Part shown: positions 35,889-48,587 of the stretch, one piece after another
How positions within the stretch are numbered: position 1 is the first letter of the stretch
How the letters are laid out: the number at the start of each line of letters is the position of its first letter
Assembly (NCBI GenBank): GCA_002104905.1
Contig: MCFE01000005.1
Coordinates: 1 to 64,000 of the forward strand
Length of the DNA: 64,000 nucleotides
Source of the DNA: Basidiobolus meristosporus CBS 931.73
Lineage: Eukaryota; Fungi; Basidiobolomycota
Reading direction: 5' to 3'
The notes under the pieces: generated by a model
The model's database searches: none
What the model saw: the letters and a program-made list of their open reading frames with translations, nothing else
What the model was told of the DNA's origin: nothing
Translations under genes and position numbers: made by a program

Positions 35889-36766
35889 TCTAGTTGATAT
35901 CGGTTCGAATGAAGAATTGTTGGGTTTTTGATTGACCAGCGGATGGCAGACCGGTATTTATAACGCTCAGATGTGTCAGCCGTGAGAGAGCAGGTGCTCT
36001 ACACTGCAATGCTCATGATCCACCATGGTCTCCTATTATTCTGCTTATATTGTTTGTGGTAAATATAGAAACGAGGCTCATTTTCGAGCTTCAGTCGAAG
36101 CGATTCCACCCTCATACATCCATTTACATCACCAATCAACCATTCCCCCCTTTCAGGGACTCATTTGTGACTGTTGGTGTGCGTGGATTAATTCAGGAGA
36201 CCAAGTGAGCATTAATTGCAGTCATGCCAATCATCACCTATGAACTGGATGCAGTTGAATGCAATTCCAGGCGATCAGCACGAAGCTCTTTGAAGTCTAA
36301 TTCTCTAGGAGTTGGAAGCAATCAACTGATTTGGGGTGCATGCCAATACGTAATTTGAATGGCTCAGTGTAAATGATCGGTCGCATGTCGTTGTGAATGA
36401 GTTAATATATGCGCCTTCCTGCAACCTAATCTTTGCCCTAAATAGTTTAAACTGCAGATAGACGAGATGTGGATCAATATTGTGTCAAATAAACTCGGCC
36501 ATATTGGAGCATGAGGCTATTAATTCAAGACATGCTTATCAACGATAAACCGTTTTATTTGGCCATCTCCTCGGCGTGCGGATAGAAAACACTAGATTCT
36601 CGCTGATGCTCACGTTCATTATGGGCAATGAAGAGGTTTAAGGGATATACTTGGTTAGTAAGAACGGACCACGAGCCGGTGCTTTACTGGTTAGCGGTGG
36701 AGAGGGTGAGATTAGTTACTGAACACATTTGGCTAGGCCTAAATCGAGATGAATAAGCGTATTGGA

Positions 36767-38475
36767 TTACGGAATCGCCGTCTCTACCGGATCCGATGCG
36801 GGTTCAGGTGAGTTTTTTCGGGATTTGTCTGATTTCTGGCTCATCGCACGAACCCACATCCTTCGTCTAGTAACGCTAGTGAAGGATGGCTTAGCTCGAG
36901 GGTTCTTCCAGTAATGATCTGTGTACACCCAGCCTTCCTCGTCCGCGCCCGATTCACGCCAATCGTTAATGATCGACCACTCGGCATCTTCCCATTTCTG
37001 GCCTCTTTGCAGTTGAAACGTCTCCTTTGGCTCCATGGGCACTTCTCCAGTCTCATCACTCCAGCTTGTCCTCTCTGATGACAACATATTCGTCACCCAC
37101 CCGAGGCCAGCCCACCACCTAAGGAAAATGACCGAATCAGCAACCGCGGTGAAAATTAGGCTGCCTTGCTCTGTGCCTACCTTTGATTTTCAAACAGAAC
37201 GACATCCAATATATCCTCACCGGGATCGAATCGGCCATACTTTAGTACCTTGGAAGCCAAAGCAAATGTTGTGTGGAACCGAGTAAGCACCATCGGTGTA
37301 ATTATGGTGACGATGGCACGGAAGAGGGAGGAATTGGCAAGGAATGCCAATAGTCCAGCGGCGAGAATCAAGTAATTCCACGGGAATAAGTAAAGGAGTA
37401 TCAGGGTGATTACAGTGGATGCGAAGGTTAATCTCAAAATGTACGAGGTCTCCTTCTCATCACTCCAGTTAATTTGTTGGTAAAAGCTGACCACACTGTC
37501 ATAAGCCTCGCAATACATTCCCATGGAGTTCTGAATAAACTGCATGTTACGTGAATACGATTTGTCCTCCACTGCTGGTGTCTTGCTAGGCTTGGATGCC
37601 TGGGTATTGGCCCTTTCCCGTATCTTACTAAAGTATGATTTACTAATAAAGCTTAGTAACACAACCTGGGGGATGAGGAAAACTAGCTTTGGGTTCAGAC
37701 CTAGAAGTGCAGAAGCAAAATAGATGTAAGTGGGTGTGCTCTGAAAGTGGCACAAACAGGCTCCTTACAAAAGAATGTGAAGACCCCCATAACACAAAGG
37801 GACTGCGTGGTATTCTCCCAGGTAAGTATTTGAACCACGGTATCCTGAAACGTGGCCACGGGTCCCACTCTTTCAACGAACTTGGCGAAATTCTTTGGCG
37901 TGGTAGAAAACAGGTTTAAAGGAGGCTGTGCTTTGGCTTTCTCTTTGTCTTTTTCGATATCCTGTCGGGCTGAGGAGACGAATATCTCGTTCACGAGTTC
38001 GTTGACGGAGGAAAACTGCGTTTTGGTTTGGTTTGTAAACCGTTTTCGCAGTGGTGCCTTGGCTTTTTCCTCGACTGAAGAAGTTGTCGAGGCTGCCGAG
38101 GTTGCTGAAGCCGTGCTTATGGTCGTTGCCACGGTAGGCGTTCTATGGAGGTCTACAGTAGTTAGCTGGGTGGGTGTTATGATATCGGCGGCTCGTTCTG
38201 GGCGAACATCTTCAGGCGGAAACACATCCTCAACTTCCCCTTTCGGCTTGCAAACTTTCGGCGCATCAGTTTGGCAATGTCGATGTACCACGTAGCTACA
38301 ATCTGAACGGGAAAATAGCTGTCAGCTGAGATTCTGAGGCGAAATAGTGGCTAGAGACTTATCTGCAACCTTTACATTCTAGACCTTGCTTATGCAAACC
38401 CCATAGAAGCTTTTGACAGTAGTCACATAGAGTTGGTGCATGAAAGGATTTTTCCTTGAAGTAATGCGAAGACAT
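36767..38475 (-). CDS. C1-domain + Pex24p/DysF integral membrane peroxin (Pex28/29/30-like); multi-exon
   Basis: Exon 1 + 2 give a complete C1 zinc finger. Then FAKFVERVGPV..FQD.V.QILTWEN, NMQFIQNSMG.Y...YD, VLFENQRWW, and DysF (WEDAEWSI...DEEGWVYTDHYW...TRRRMWVR). Confidence 0.85.
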
Positions 38476-38954
38476 TGTCCCGCTTGAAATGGGGATGAAG
38501 CTATTTTAGGATACGTGAACAAAATACTGGCTGTCAAGAACCAGTGTATAGTATTATTAGAGAATGATGATTGTACTTCGATTATGGTACTGCAGTCGAA
38601 CAATTTACAGTCTCCATTTTATTCTGAATGGAGTTTTCGAATCACGAACCTCGAAAGACCGCATGACGTTATTGAAGTACATCGACTCCGGAAATGCGGA
38701 ATGTTTCAAGTTTAATATAAACAATTACCTATGCAGGCAGGACCCAACATGATTAAGACCCAAGAGGTCTCTTGGAACGGAGCAACCTACTCTTCAGCAA
38801 TTTTTTTTCATTGATCGTTGTCGATTGCTGATGAAGCACCTCACATTTTACCAACTTTTTTTTCTTTTTTTCTCTTTTGCTAACAAGCGTTAGGTCTTGC
38901 AATACTCTCGCCTTGTAACAGTTTCATCTGCACCTGAGAAAAACAGTAGAGAAT

Positions 38955-40153
38955 ATGGGCTTTAATACTCACACTTCGTCTCTTCATATTCCTTCCAACA
39001 GCGGAAAGACCTCCTCTTCCGTCTCGGTTACCGTCAACCCAATTGTCTTCTTCTCCATCCTTGACCATTATCTTAGACGTAACGACAACCAAGATCGTGT
39101 CATCGGTACTTTACTCGGTATCCGCAGTGAAGATGGTAGCGAAGTCCAAATTAAGAACTGTTTCTCCGTCCCTCATGATGAAACCCAAGACCAGGTGAGT
39201 AGTAGCATTGCTGACTACCTTCAATTCGCCACTCACAAGCCTCTCAACAATTTATCAGGTTGCTGTTGACATGGAGTATCATAGAACCATGTATGAGCTT
39301 CATCAACGTGTGAACCCCAAGGAAGTCATTGTTGGCTGGTATGTTTTGGATGAGAGTCATCTGACTTGTTGAGAGACAAATTAACCCATCCCTCTTAGGT
39401 ATGCCACCGGCGGTGCCCTTAACAGCTACTCTGCTTTGATTCAGGACTTCTACTCTCGTGAAGTTGCTCCCTTCCCAGCTGTTCACTTGACCATGGATAC
39501 CAACTTGACCAACGACAACTTGGGTGTTCAAGCTTTCACTAGGTATACTTCAGACTGACCCGGTTTTTGCCACAACTTTGTCCTAAATATATGACCTGCC
39601 TAGCTCCCCCATCGGTGTTGATACCAAGGCTGAGAACTGCATGTTCCTTCCTATTCCTTGTGAAATCAAGTACGGAGACTCTGAGAGAAGTGGACGTAAG
39701 TAGAGAGAATACTGATCGAGCTTGACCACGCAAAGTCCTAAATCATTTTAAAGTCGATATCCTCTCCTTCGCCAAGGAATCCCCCAAGAGCACCGCCTCT
39801 ATTGCTTCCGATATGGACAACCTTGAGCGTGCCATCATCACCCTCCAAGAAATGTTGGAGCGTGTTGTGACCTACGTCGATAGCGTTTTGGTTTGTATCC
39901 TCTCATGATCGATCAAGTTTCCGAGAAACCGTATTTATCCTCTTCATTTAACCAACAGGAAGGAAAGGTCCCCGCCAACAACACCATTGGCCGTTTCTTG
40001 ATGGATACCGTTTCTGTCATTCCCAAGATCGATGCTTCCTCCTTCGAGAAGCTCTTCAACAGCCACTTGCAAGACTTGCTCATGGTTGTCTATCTTACCA
40101 ACATGACTCGTGCCCAGTTGTCTATCGCCAACAGCCTACAAAACTTGGCATAA
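38955..40153 (+). CDS. eIF3f: Eukaryotic translation initiation factor 3 subunit F (MPN); multi-exon
   Basis: [16 protein letters not shown]...RVIGTLLG...[27 protein letters not shown], and [29 protein letters not shown]. Confidence 0.93.
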
Positions 40154-40447
40154 ACCGTAAAGAAACATTTCCACAATTCCCAAGAATTCTCCTTGCTCAT
40201 TGAAAACTTAATAAATATGTAGTTATATATACGTTGAAATGATATATTGTACTACGTATCTCATTCGTATACCCATCATAGATCCCATTTCCCTAAACAA
40301 AAATATGCTGGAAATAAAATCGCCCGTTTTATATCGATGGGATATCGATTTCATGATTCTATTTGCTGCCTGCCCGTATCCATACCGTGCCTGCGAACAT
40401 AGATTCATTGCCAGCTATCGCGATTCCCTTCAAGTGAGCACCGAATC

Positions 40448-41222
40448 ATGGATGAATTCTTCGGACAAAACGTGAACATCGTCGAGCTGGAGGCAGTTCG
40501 TTCCAAACTACTGCAGCTCCAAGAAACCTTTAACTTTTTTTTACAGACCGTGAACCCAGAGTTACCCATCGCTGCCTGGTAAGGGTTTTTCCAATTGCAC
40601 CCCCGCCCAACCCATGACCAAAGAAGACTGACAAGTGTTCCCTCTTTCCAACCTATCTAGGCCGGAAATATTGAACAAGTTCAACATTCTGGTGGCGAAA
40701 TACGTCAATCTGAACAATGAAATTATCAACCCTGTCTTGAAAAAGTTGGTTCTCCATCCTAACGAGCCAGCAACCACGGATCAAGAGAACCAAATTATGG
40801 GTGTTCTATTGCGTACCAAGCAGATCCCCGAGATTGAAAGGGAAGAGCAAGAGGTCAAGGATGAGGTGTCAATACCAGAGGATGCCAAGGCTCTGTTAGA
40901 GAACGACATAGCAGCTATGCAAAATGCTTTGTCTATCTGGCAGGTAAGACATGCGACCAAACTCTGATATAAAATGCAAATAGGCGTATTGTAGGAATCA
41001 TCCTAACGAACAGACACCGTTCTTTAGGCCAAGATCAAGAAGTACGACTCTTTCTGTAATTTTGCCGAGGAGACGTTCGATAAACACATGGATAAAGCAG
41101 CACTGAAAACCAGATATGTGCCGGAGGAGGAACAGGAGGTTACGGAGGATCTGGCGATGGAGGAGGCGGACAAAAGAACGTTAGAGGACACCCTTTCTTG
41201 GATCTCCAGTGGACCAAAGTAA
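40448..41222 (+). CDS. MED8: Mediator subunit Med8; two introns
   Basis: ELEAVRSKLLQLQETF...LPIAAW|PEILNKFNIL...VLHP...VLLRTKQIPEIE, C-terminus LEDTLSWISSGPK. Confidence 0.8.
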
Positions 41223-41519
41223 TTCTCTTCGGATACACACTTCATGAAACATCCAGCTGTATATGTGATGTATAGTAGATTTTTAGTGTTTACGCTGTAA
41301 GGCACAGATCTTAGAGTTCGCAATCAACACCCATCGGACATGTGGCATATATATTATGCCCGATTTATTCACCATGTCCTTCCATTATGGAATAGTCATT
41401 ATATAAACAATCGCTTCTCATGGCTCACACTGATGCCTCGAATCTACACTACGGAAATGTCACTATACTATATATTGCTGATGATGTTTGGACGCTATTC
41501 GAGAGAAACCACCGTGTGT

Positions 41520-42681
41520 TTACGAGTAGGTTGATTCTCCACTAGCAGGATGCACCAGCTTGTTATGAAGCAAGGCAGTTCTTTCGGTTCGGATATCCAA
41601 AGGATTGTGAACTATCGCTGTACCAACAGTAATCCTCGAATCGGCTCTGACGGTCCAGACAATACACATGCATAGCAAAATTCCTTGTAGCATGCCGCTG
41701 GCAACAAAGGTCATCCAAGATGTCCAGTTAGTGCCTGGCCTAAGGTAAATCGAGTAGGCAAATAGAAACGCTCCTGGTGTTTGCATCAACATCATGGGAA
41801 TACTTAAAGCGCCCACGCTCTATTGTTACATATGTGAGTCGGCCAGTTAGCAAATATCTCTAATGCTCATGAACTTTAAACCCCGGAACTACCTTGAGCT
41901 TCCAAGTACGGTGGATTTGTGGGATGTACTGCAATGCGGCCATCGATGTACTAAGCAGGCCAAGAAATCCCGCCCAAAGCCTAGCTTGCTTTGATACTGC
42001 TCCGTAGGAGCCCAAGATCCATATACTCACGCTTAAGGAAAGTATCAAATGAGTGCCCACGATAAACGACACAAGTATAGAGTGTCTCCAGTCTGGCGTT
42101 TGTACTTTGTAGGATTGATTGTCAAACTCCATTGTAATCGTCTTGTTGTTGGGGGGAAAATAGATCATGTATAAGAGTAAACTGGGGAAAATGGAGGTCA
42201 GGAAATGAAGGTAATAATCCGGGAAAGAGCCGCCGTGACTTACATTATGACGAACATCGTCCACTGAATTCCAACCTGAACAATTCCAAGTATATTCTCA
42301 AGGCAATCTCCACCAGACTAGGATAAAAAACTAGTTTAACGAAAGGCACATTAACCCACACACCAATGCACAATACAAACCAGGTATTTACAACAGGATA
42401 TGATAGGGAATTGCAACACAAGAACGTTTAAAAAGCTCGAAGCACATGAGACTGAACCCAGCAATAGAAACCAAGGACTGAGCCCTTCACTTGACTTGCT
42501 GCGTATGATTTTAATGTGCTTCAGAGGCAAACATATATTTGTCAGAGTTCGACTAGTAGTCTATGCATACAACCATTACCTGGGGAAGATACGAGGCCAG
42601 CATACCAACCGCCAAGAAAACCGATATGGCGAACTCTAGTTTGTTGTGAGAGGGTATACACATCGGAGGAGGTTGCTCCAT
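41520..42681 (-). CDS. PQ-loop repeat membrane protein; multi-exon
   Basis: Two PQ loops: ASYLPQ|HIKIIRSKSSEGLSPWFLLLG and LQYIPQIHRTWKLK|..GALSIPMMLMQTPG. Confidence 0.88.
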
Positions 42682-43848
42682 TGCAGTAAACAGCTGAGGA
42701 TTCTTTTCAAAAAGGTAACAATGAAAGGGGCAAGATTGAAGAGTAGGAAAGTTGTTTGGTTGATACTTATTCGACGCCAGTTATCTGAATATGCTTGAAA
42801 AGCAAGAATACTTGGGTGGACAGGAAATGTCTCAACTCTTCCCAATTAGAGTAGATTGATACGTAGTATGTAATGGTAATATTTTGATGGCCCCATCATT
42901 CCTACGCTTGTTTATGTGACTTCTGTATTCGACATGATTCTAAAATACCTACAGCCCTGAGGGAATAAATGAATTGTTCAAATCCTGGACAATAATCAAG
43001 TTCTGGTTGTTTCGCCCGCATGTATCGTTGTGGTTTAACTTACGATTAATCGAAGGCCGGAGCGGACCATCACGTTGGCCGAAATACTTGATTGAAATCG
43101 GATAAAGCCTGGTATTCTCGTCCATCAGTTAATCATGAAGAGAAACGAGCCTGAGAAAAAAGGCCCAGAGATAAAAAACCTGCGAGCACAAATTGCGTGT
43201 TATTCGCCATCTTAAGCATGATAATTCAAGCTATGATCGTAATATTGTCCAGAGAACTGGATCCTGGTTTCATTACTAATTGGAAGGAATATTTTATGGT
43301 ATTTACTACCATATTAGTGAATAACCTAACTTTCGTTCGCGATGGCGACATCGACAGCGGTATTATATCTCAATTGATTTTCAATTGTTGAAAGATGCAT
43401 CCCAAAATGGGATCATTACTTGTATTATGCAGTGGGTTTTTTACCATAAAAATAATCATGTTCAACTCGACTGTTTGTCGCATTTAACTTTTGGACTTTG
43501 AGTGATTTTGTACACAGCACTGGATAGGCATTCACTTGGTCCCTATATTACACCAAGCTTGAAGAATGTTTCTATTGGTTGAATCAAGCATATCTTGTCT
43601 TGACCAGATAGAAATGGTAGACTTTTCTACATTTGGAAAGAGCACAAATGATGCCATCGAAGCTAATAATTCTGACATTAGATGCTGAAAAATCAACCTC
43701 GTTCAATTCAGTATATAAGGTCATTCCCCTCACGAGTCCTCCCCACAATACAGTAGTTTTGCATACCTTCAACGCATACCCCCGTTATATTTAAACGTTT
43801 ACTGCACTAGAAAATAATTGATACCTTGCATTTGATTTTCATAACATC

Positions 43849-45529
43849 ATGACAGATAAGGTTCGTAGTGTGAGGCACTTTTCTCTACCATCACCTGCCA
43901 TATTAATTGATTGATATTCAGAATATTTCAGCGCTGCCTGACAATCCTCTTGCCAAGTACGAGGTAACCGAAAAGAGTATGGAGGATGCGGAGCACAAGA
44001 ATCATGATACACTGAAGCGTGCCCTCACAGCCAGACAAGTGCAAATGATTGCTATTGGTGGTACCATTGGGACAGGTCTGTTTCTTGGTACCGGAAAATC
44101 TCTTAGTACTGGTGGTCCAGGAAGTATGCTGATTGCCTACGCTATTATCGGGGTGATCGTTTACTTCACAATGATATCTCTTGGTGAAATGTCAACATAT
44201 ATCCCAATTGCCGGCTCCTTTAACACATATGCCAATCGGTTTGTCGATGAAGGCTTAGGCTTTGCTCTTACGTGGAACTATTGGTTTAACGATGCTGTGA
44301 GTGTTGCTTCGGATTTAACGGCTGCCCAAATCATTCTGAACTACTGGAAGGTTGATTTCCCCGGCTGGGCCATCTCGCTTATATTTCTCGTCTTCTTGGT
44401 TACCATCAATGCGATCGACGTTCGTTTCTATGGCGAGATTGAATACTGGTTGTCCCTGCTGAAAGTGATCACCATCATTCTATTCATCATCATTGGAATT
44501 TGCGTGAATGCTGGCGCCAACAAGGGATACGGGTATATCGGCTTCAAGAATTGGACACTTGGTGATGCTCCATTTGTTGGTGGTATTGGCGGATTTGCAT
44601 CCGTCTTCGTCACTGCTGCCTTTGCCTACGGAGGTACCGAGTCGATTGGCATTACTGCTGGCGAGACCAAAAACCCTAGAAAGAATGTGCCCAAGGTGAT
44701 CCGTAACGTCTTCTGGAGAATTCTGATGTTCTATATCATGAGCATTTTTGTGATTGGTCTTGATGTCCCCTACAATGCCGAAAATTTGACCGAAAAGAAC
44801 GCTCACGATTCGCCATTTACCTTGGTCTTTCAAATGACCGGCTTTGAGGTTGCCCCGTCTTTCATCAATGCCGTTGTTCTCACCTCGGTGATTTCTGCTG
44901 GTAATCATGCTCTGTTTGCCGGCACCAGATTACTCTATACCCTTGGCGAGCAAGGTCATGCTCCCAAAGTATTCACAAAGCTTACCAAGAATCGCGTACC
45001 CATCTACTCCCTGCTGGCCACTTCCGCCATCTCCTGCATTTGTTTCGCCTCCTCCTATGTTGGCAGCGGTGCCCTCTGGAATTGGTTGCAAAACTTGGTT
45101 GGTGTTTCCAACCAAATGAGCTGGATCGCTATTGGTATCACCTCTTACCGATTCCGTAAGGCCTATCAAATCCAAGGACGTGACTTGAACGAACTCCCAT
45201 TCAAAAGCCCACTCTATCCCTACGGACCTATCTTTGTTGTTGTAGCCAACAGCTTCTTGGTGTTGGTTCAGGGCTGGAGCTCTTTCAAATCCTCACCAAC
45301 GGGTGGATTTGATTTCGTATCATTCCTCTCCTTTTACATTCAGATTCCATTTATGGCCGTCATGTGGCTGGGATGGAAATTCATCAAGGGTACCAAGGTT
45401 GTGGGCTATGAAGAGATGGATCTTGACACCGACAGATACTATGATACTTCGGAGGACCTTCTTGACAACGCGAAGGCTTCCACCGGAATCCGCGGATTCT
45501 TCAACCGCGCTCTCCATTATTTCTTCTAG
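43849..45529 (+). CDS. Amino acid permease (YAT/APC family); short first exon, intron 43861-43921
   Basis: LKRALTARQVQMIAIGGTIGTGLFLG, YGEIEYW, FAYGGTE, GETKNP and RILMFY motifs; about 12 TM helices. Confidence 0.95.
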
Positions 45530-46187
45530 AGCCCTCACATCAATTTTGTAACTAATCCTATAGATCATTGTGTACATTTCCATCCAGATTAATAAACATG
45601 ACTGTGTTTCATGCGGTTTCAAAATGAATGCTATCTTCATGTTGGTTGGGTCGATGATGGCTTGAGATGGTGTCTTCGTGTTGGTTGGGCCGATGATGGA
45701 TTGGCATTCCCAAACTGATGGTTAATGTTGAAGTATTGACCACTCACATACGTACTGGGCATCGGTGATACAAGCATTAACGTGGAATTTTAGTGACAAA
45801 CTAGTTGCAATTGTCGACTGGTTTAGTTCCTGGACATGCCGCATAAGGCTTGTACTTGGTAATTGATGCTCACAGTCACCTCTGATTCAACATATTGGCA
45901 TCCGAATGGAGTCGCGCTTCTGACATACATACGTAAAGTTATACTTTGGTGCACACAAATGGGCTTGTGATGTAACCAGTTCTAGATCGAGGAGATTCAT
46001 GCAAAATACTCTGAGTCAGCCTGAAGAGCAGGCAACGGTGTGTAGATGTGGAGGTTTGGAGAAGTCAATGAAATCTTCCCATTTTGTATATTAAATCCTT
46101 ACAAGTCATGTCGTCAGTCCAGATGACGTTATGTATTTCTTTAACGTTCCGAATTTAATTTGTCCCCTCATTGTCTACTTTCAGCAT

Positions 46188-46195
46188 TGACGTCA
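46188..46195. promoter_or_regulatory. Perfect CRE palindrome TGACGTCA upstream of the bZIP gene, with nearby half/near sites
   Basis: TGACGTCA 46188-46195, TGACGTTA 46124-46131 and CGTCA 46112-46116, about 240-320 bp upstream of ATG 46435. Confidence 0.45.
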
Positions 46196-46434
46196 CTCAT
46201 ATACCTCATCTCAGCAATGTTGCTCTCGTTCATACATAAACTTCAGCTCTGCCATTCCTACGACCGCCGGCCCCACGCGCTCTTTTACTATTTATCGGAC
46301 TCAACAACGGTTGTGTGATTTGTATTGGCGATCCTTATCCGCAGCTACCCTCGACTCGTAACCAACCCCCCACCCGAAGACCACAACACTAGCCTGTATT
46401 TCTGTGTTGAATCCTCAGTTGCTTTCGACAGAAA

Positions 46435-47190
46435 ATGACTGAGAGATCTCCCTCAATCACCAATCATTCCACTTATCCTTCGCAAAGATATCAAGAGGAG
46501 CCAGAGAATCTAGGTTTCAGCCCAAATCTGGAGTACCGGAAGGTTGCTTCCCGCCGAAGAAAAAATCTCGCCTCATTAATTGGTGATCCAGATTCACCTC
46601 AACCACCACCGTTTCCACCTACCATCTCTCCAAACCTACCAATCCTTCCACCACCCATGTCTACCTCAATCCAGATTCCCTTCTCGAACGCATCCCATCA
46701 ATCTCCTACGGATCCATTGCCCTTCAGCAGGCATTCTGCGCCAATCCATTTGCCCTCTCCAGACATGTTGGCTCATCCCCGTCATTCGGTTCCTCCACCA
46801 CTATCCGTACTCCCAACACTTGCGAATATGACGACGTCAACCATATCTGCAGGGCAACTATCAAATTCCTACCCTACTACATCAGTTATTGAACGTTCGT
46901 CTAGTCTAAGCCTCGAGAGCACGGAGGAGTTGAGTCACTACTCTCTTGCTGACCTCTCCGTGGGGGAGACTAGTCCGACAAAAGGTCGAAATGAAGAGGT
47001 GAGGGGCCTCACGAGTGATGAAAGGAAGCAGCGTAGACTCTTGAGAAACAGGCTTGCGGCGAAAGAGTGTCGAAAGAAGAAGAAGGCTTATGTGATGGAG
47101 CTTGAAAATAAGGTTCAGCAGCTGGAGGGGGAGAACTCTAGATTGAAAACTGAAATCCAACAGCTGAATGGCAAGCTCCAATCATCTTAA
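46435..47190 (+). CDS. CREB/ATF-like bZIP transcription factor, intronless
   Basis: Basic region ERKQRRLLRNRLAAKECRKKKKAYV followed by the heptad LENKVQQLEGENSRLKTEIQQLNGKL; Pro/Ser-rich N-terminus. Confidence 0.92.
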   Translation: MTERSPSITNHSTYPSQRYQEEPENLGFSPNLEYRKVASRRRKNLASLIGDPDSPQPPPFPPTISPNLPILPPPMSTSIQIPFSNASHQSPTDPLPFSRHSAPIHLPSPDMLAHPRHSVPPPLSVLPTLANMTTSTISAGQLSNSYPTTSVIERSSSLSLESTEELSHYSLADLSVGETSPTKGRNEEVRGLTSDERKQRRLLRNRLAAKECRKKKKAYVMELENKVQQLEGENSRLKTEIQQLNGKLQSS

Positions 47191-47627
47191 AGGTGAATAG
47201 AAAGCAAATCCTGAGGCAGATACTGGTATGTTACATCTAATCCTCCGTTTGTGTCAATTCTGTAGAATGAGATCATTTCCCAAGATACGGGGTTGATCAT
47301 CTCTGGCAGACCTCTAGAACTTTCATTTCTCCCGTGTGTATAAAACGCTCCCATTCCAACCCTTGTATGCATTGTATTTCCTTTACAGCGTGACCTTTTG
47401 TGGACAGTGTTTCTGCTGTTGTAGTTTATTTCCTCTTTTGCCTTCGTGTGGTTTGTAAATATTCATCTAATTTGATCGACTTATTGATTGAGTATAAATC
47501 TCCGCAATTCATCTCCCAAAATCCCCGTATTTGTTGAGTGATCATCTAATCACCCAGTTTCACATGAAAAACCTCCCACAATTTCCCGGTTATAAGGACG
47601 ACCTGGCTATGGGTAGTCAAGTCAAGA

Positions 47628-48587
47628 ATGAAGGACCTTCGACGTATTTTCCCAAACTTCTACTCCCGCCGCCTAGCGTACGCTGGCATTAGCGCCATTC
47701 TGATATGTTCCATAGTGGTTCCTGTGTTTATAGTCTACCTGCGCAAGGGTCCAAGGTATAACAACACGCAGTATGGTTCCGCTTCAGAGACGCGTCTCGA
47801 CCTGATGATCACTGTTGTATCGGTTGATAGTGTCGCCTTGAAATCCCAACTCAGCATCGACTTCCTACCATTAGGTAATTTGGTAACCGAGGGAAAGCTT
47901 AAACTCAGTGATACCATAACCGTGAATTTCCTACACAAATCGTTCACATTTCCACAAAACAGCTCCTCGATCTTACCTAGTGGAGAGATATCAGTACCGT
48001 TTTATGAAGGGAATCGACGCAACTACCCGTTTGATGTTTATGAGGCGAACCTACTACTCTACGCATTTATTCCAAACACCAACGACGACATAGTGGTTCC
48101 GATCTCGGCCTCCTTCACCGCCAACGTGCAAAACTTCGAAATATTCCCCGTATTTAGTGTTCAGAATGAACTCAATACCATCTCGTTTACAGCCCAACGA
48201 TCAACCAACACCAAAGCGTTCAGTATTTGTGTGATCATCCTCATGTGGGCCTTGTCTCTTGGGATTAGCTCGCTGGCATTTCAAATTGTGGTTCTAAAGC
48301 GGGAGATACAGCCACCTATCATGGCTCTGGGCGTCTCAATGTTGTTCTCACTGCCGGCTTTACGAAACACTCAGCCTGGTATTCCAGGGATTGGATGTGC
48401 AGCTGATATGATTAGTTTTTTCTGGAACATGTTTTTGGTTGCTATCTCAGCAATTGGTTTTATATGGACCTACTCCGCCACCTGGACACGTCCACCACAG
48501 GAGCAACCATCACCTTCGGAACTGACAGCAACCCTGGGTGATGCTTGCCAAACCTCGTTTAATCAAAAAAATAGATTGATATTATAA
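47628..48587 (+). CDS. DUF4436-like membrane protein, intronless
   Basis: N-terminal TM, beta-rich domain with NYPFDVY, then AQRS, three hydrophobic helices, and the MLFSLPALRNTQPGIPGIGCAAD motif typical of DUF4436. Confidence 0.75.
   Translation: MKDLRRIFPNFYSRRLAYAGISAILICSIVVPVFIVYLRKGPRYNNTQYGSASETRLDLMITVVSVDSVALKSQLSIDFLPLGNLVTEGKLKLSDTITVNFLHKSFTFPQNSSSILPSGEISVPFYEGNRRNYPFDVYEANLLLYAFIPNTNDDIVVPISASFTANVQNFEIFPVFSVQNELNTISFTAQRSTNTKAFSICVIILMWALSLGISSLAFQIVVLKREIQPPIMALGVSMLFSLPALRNTQPGIPGIGCAADMISFFWNMFLVAISAIGFIWTYSATWTRPPQEQPSPSELTATLGDACQTSFNQKNRLIL

Noticed and set aside
45628-45699. Two-copy ~39-bp tandem repeat (TCTTCRTGTTGGTTGGGYCGATGATGG) downstream of the permease
   Set aside because: Only two copies with no spacer array, in a eukaryote. 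A simple local duplication, not CRISPR-like.
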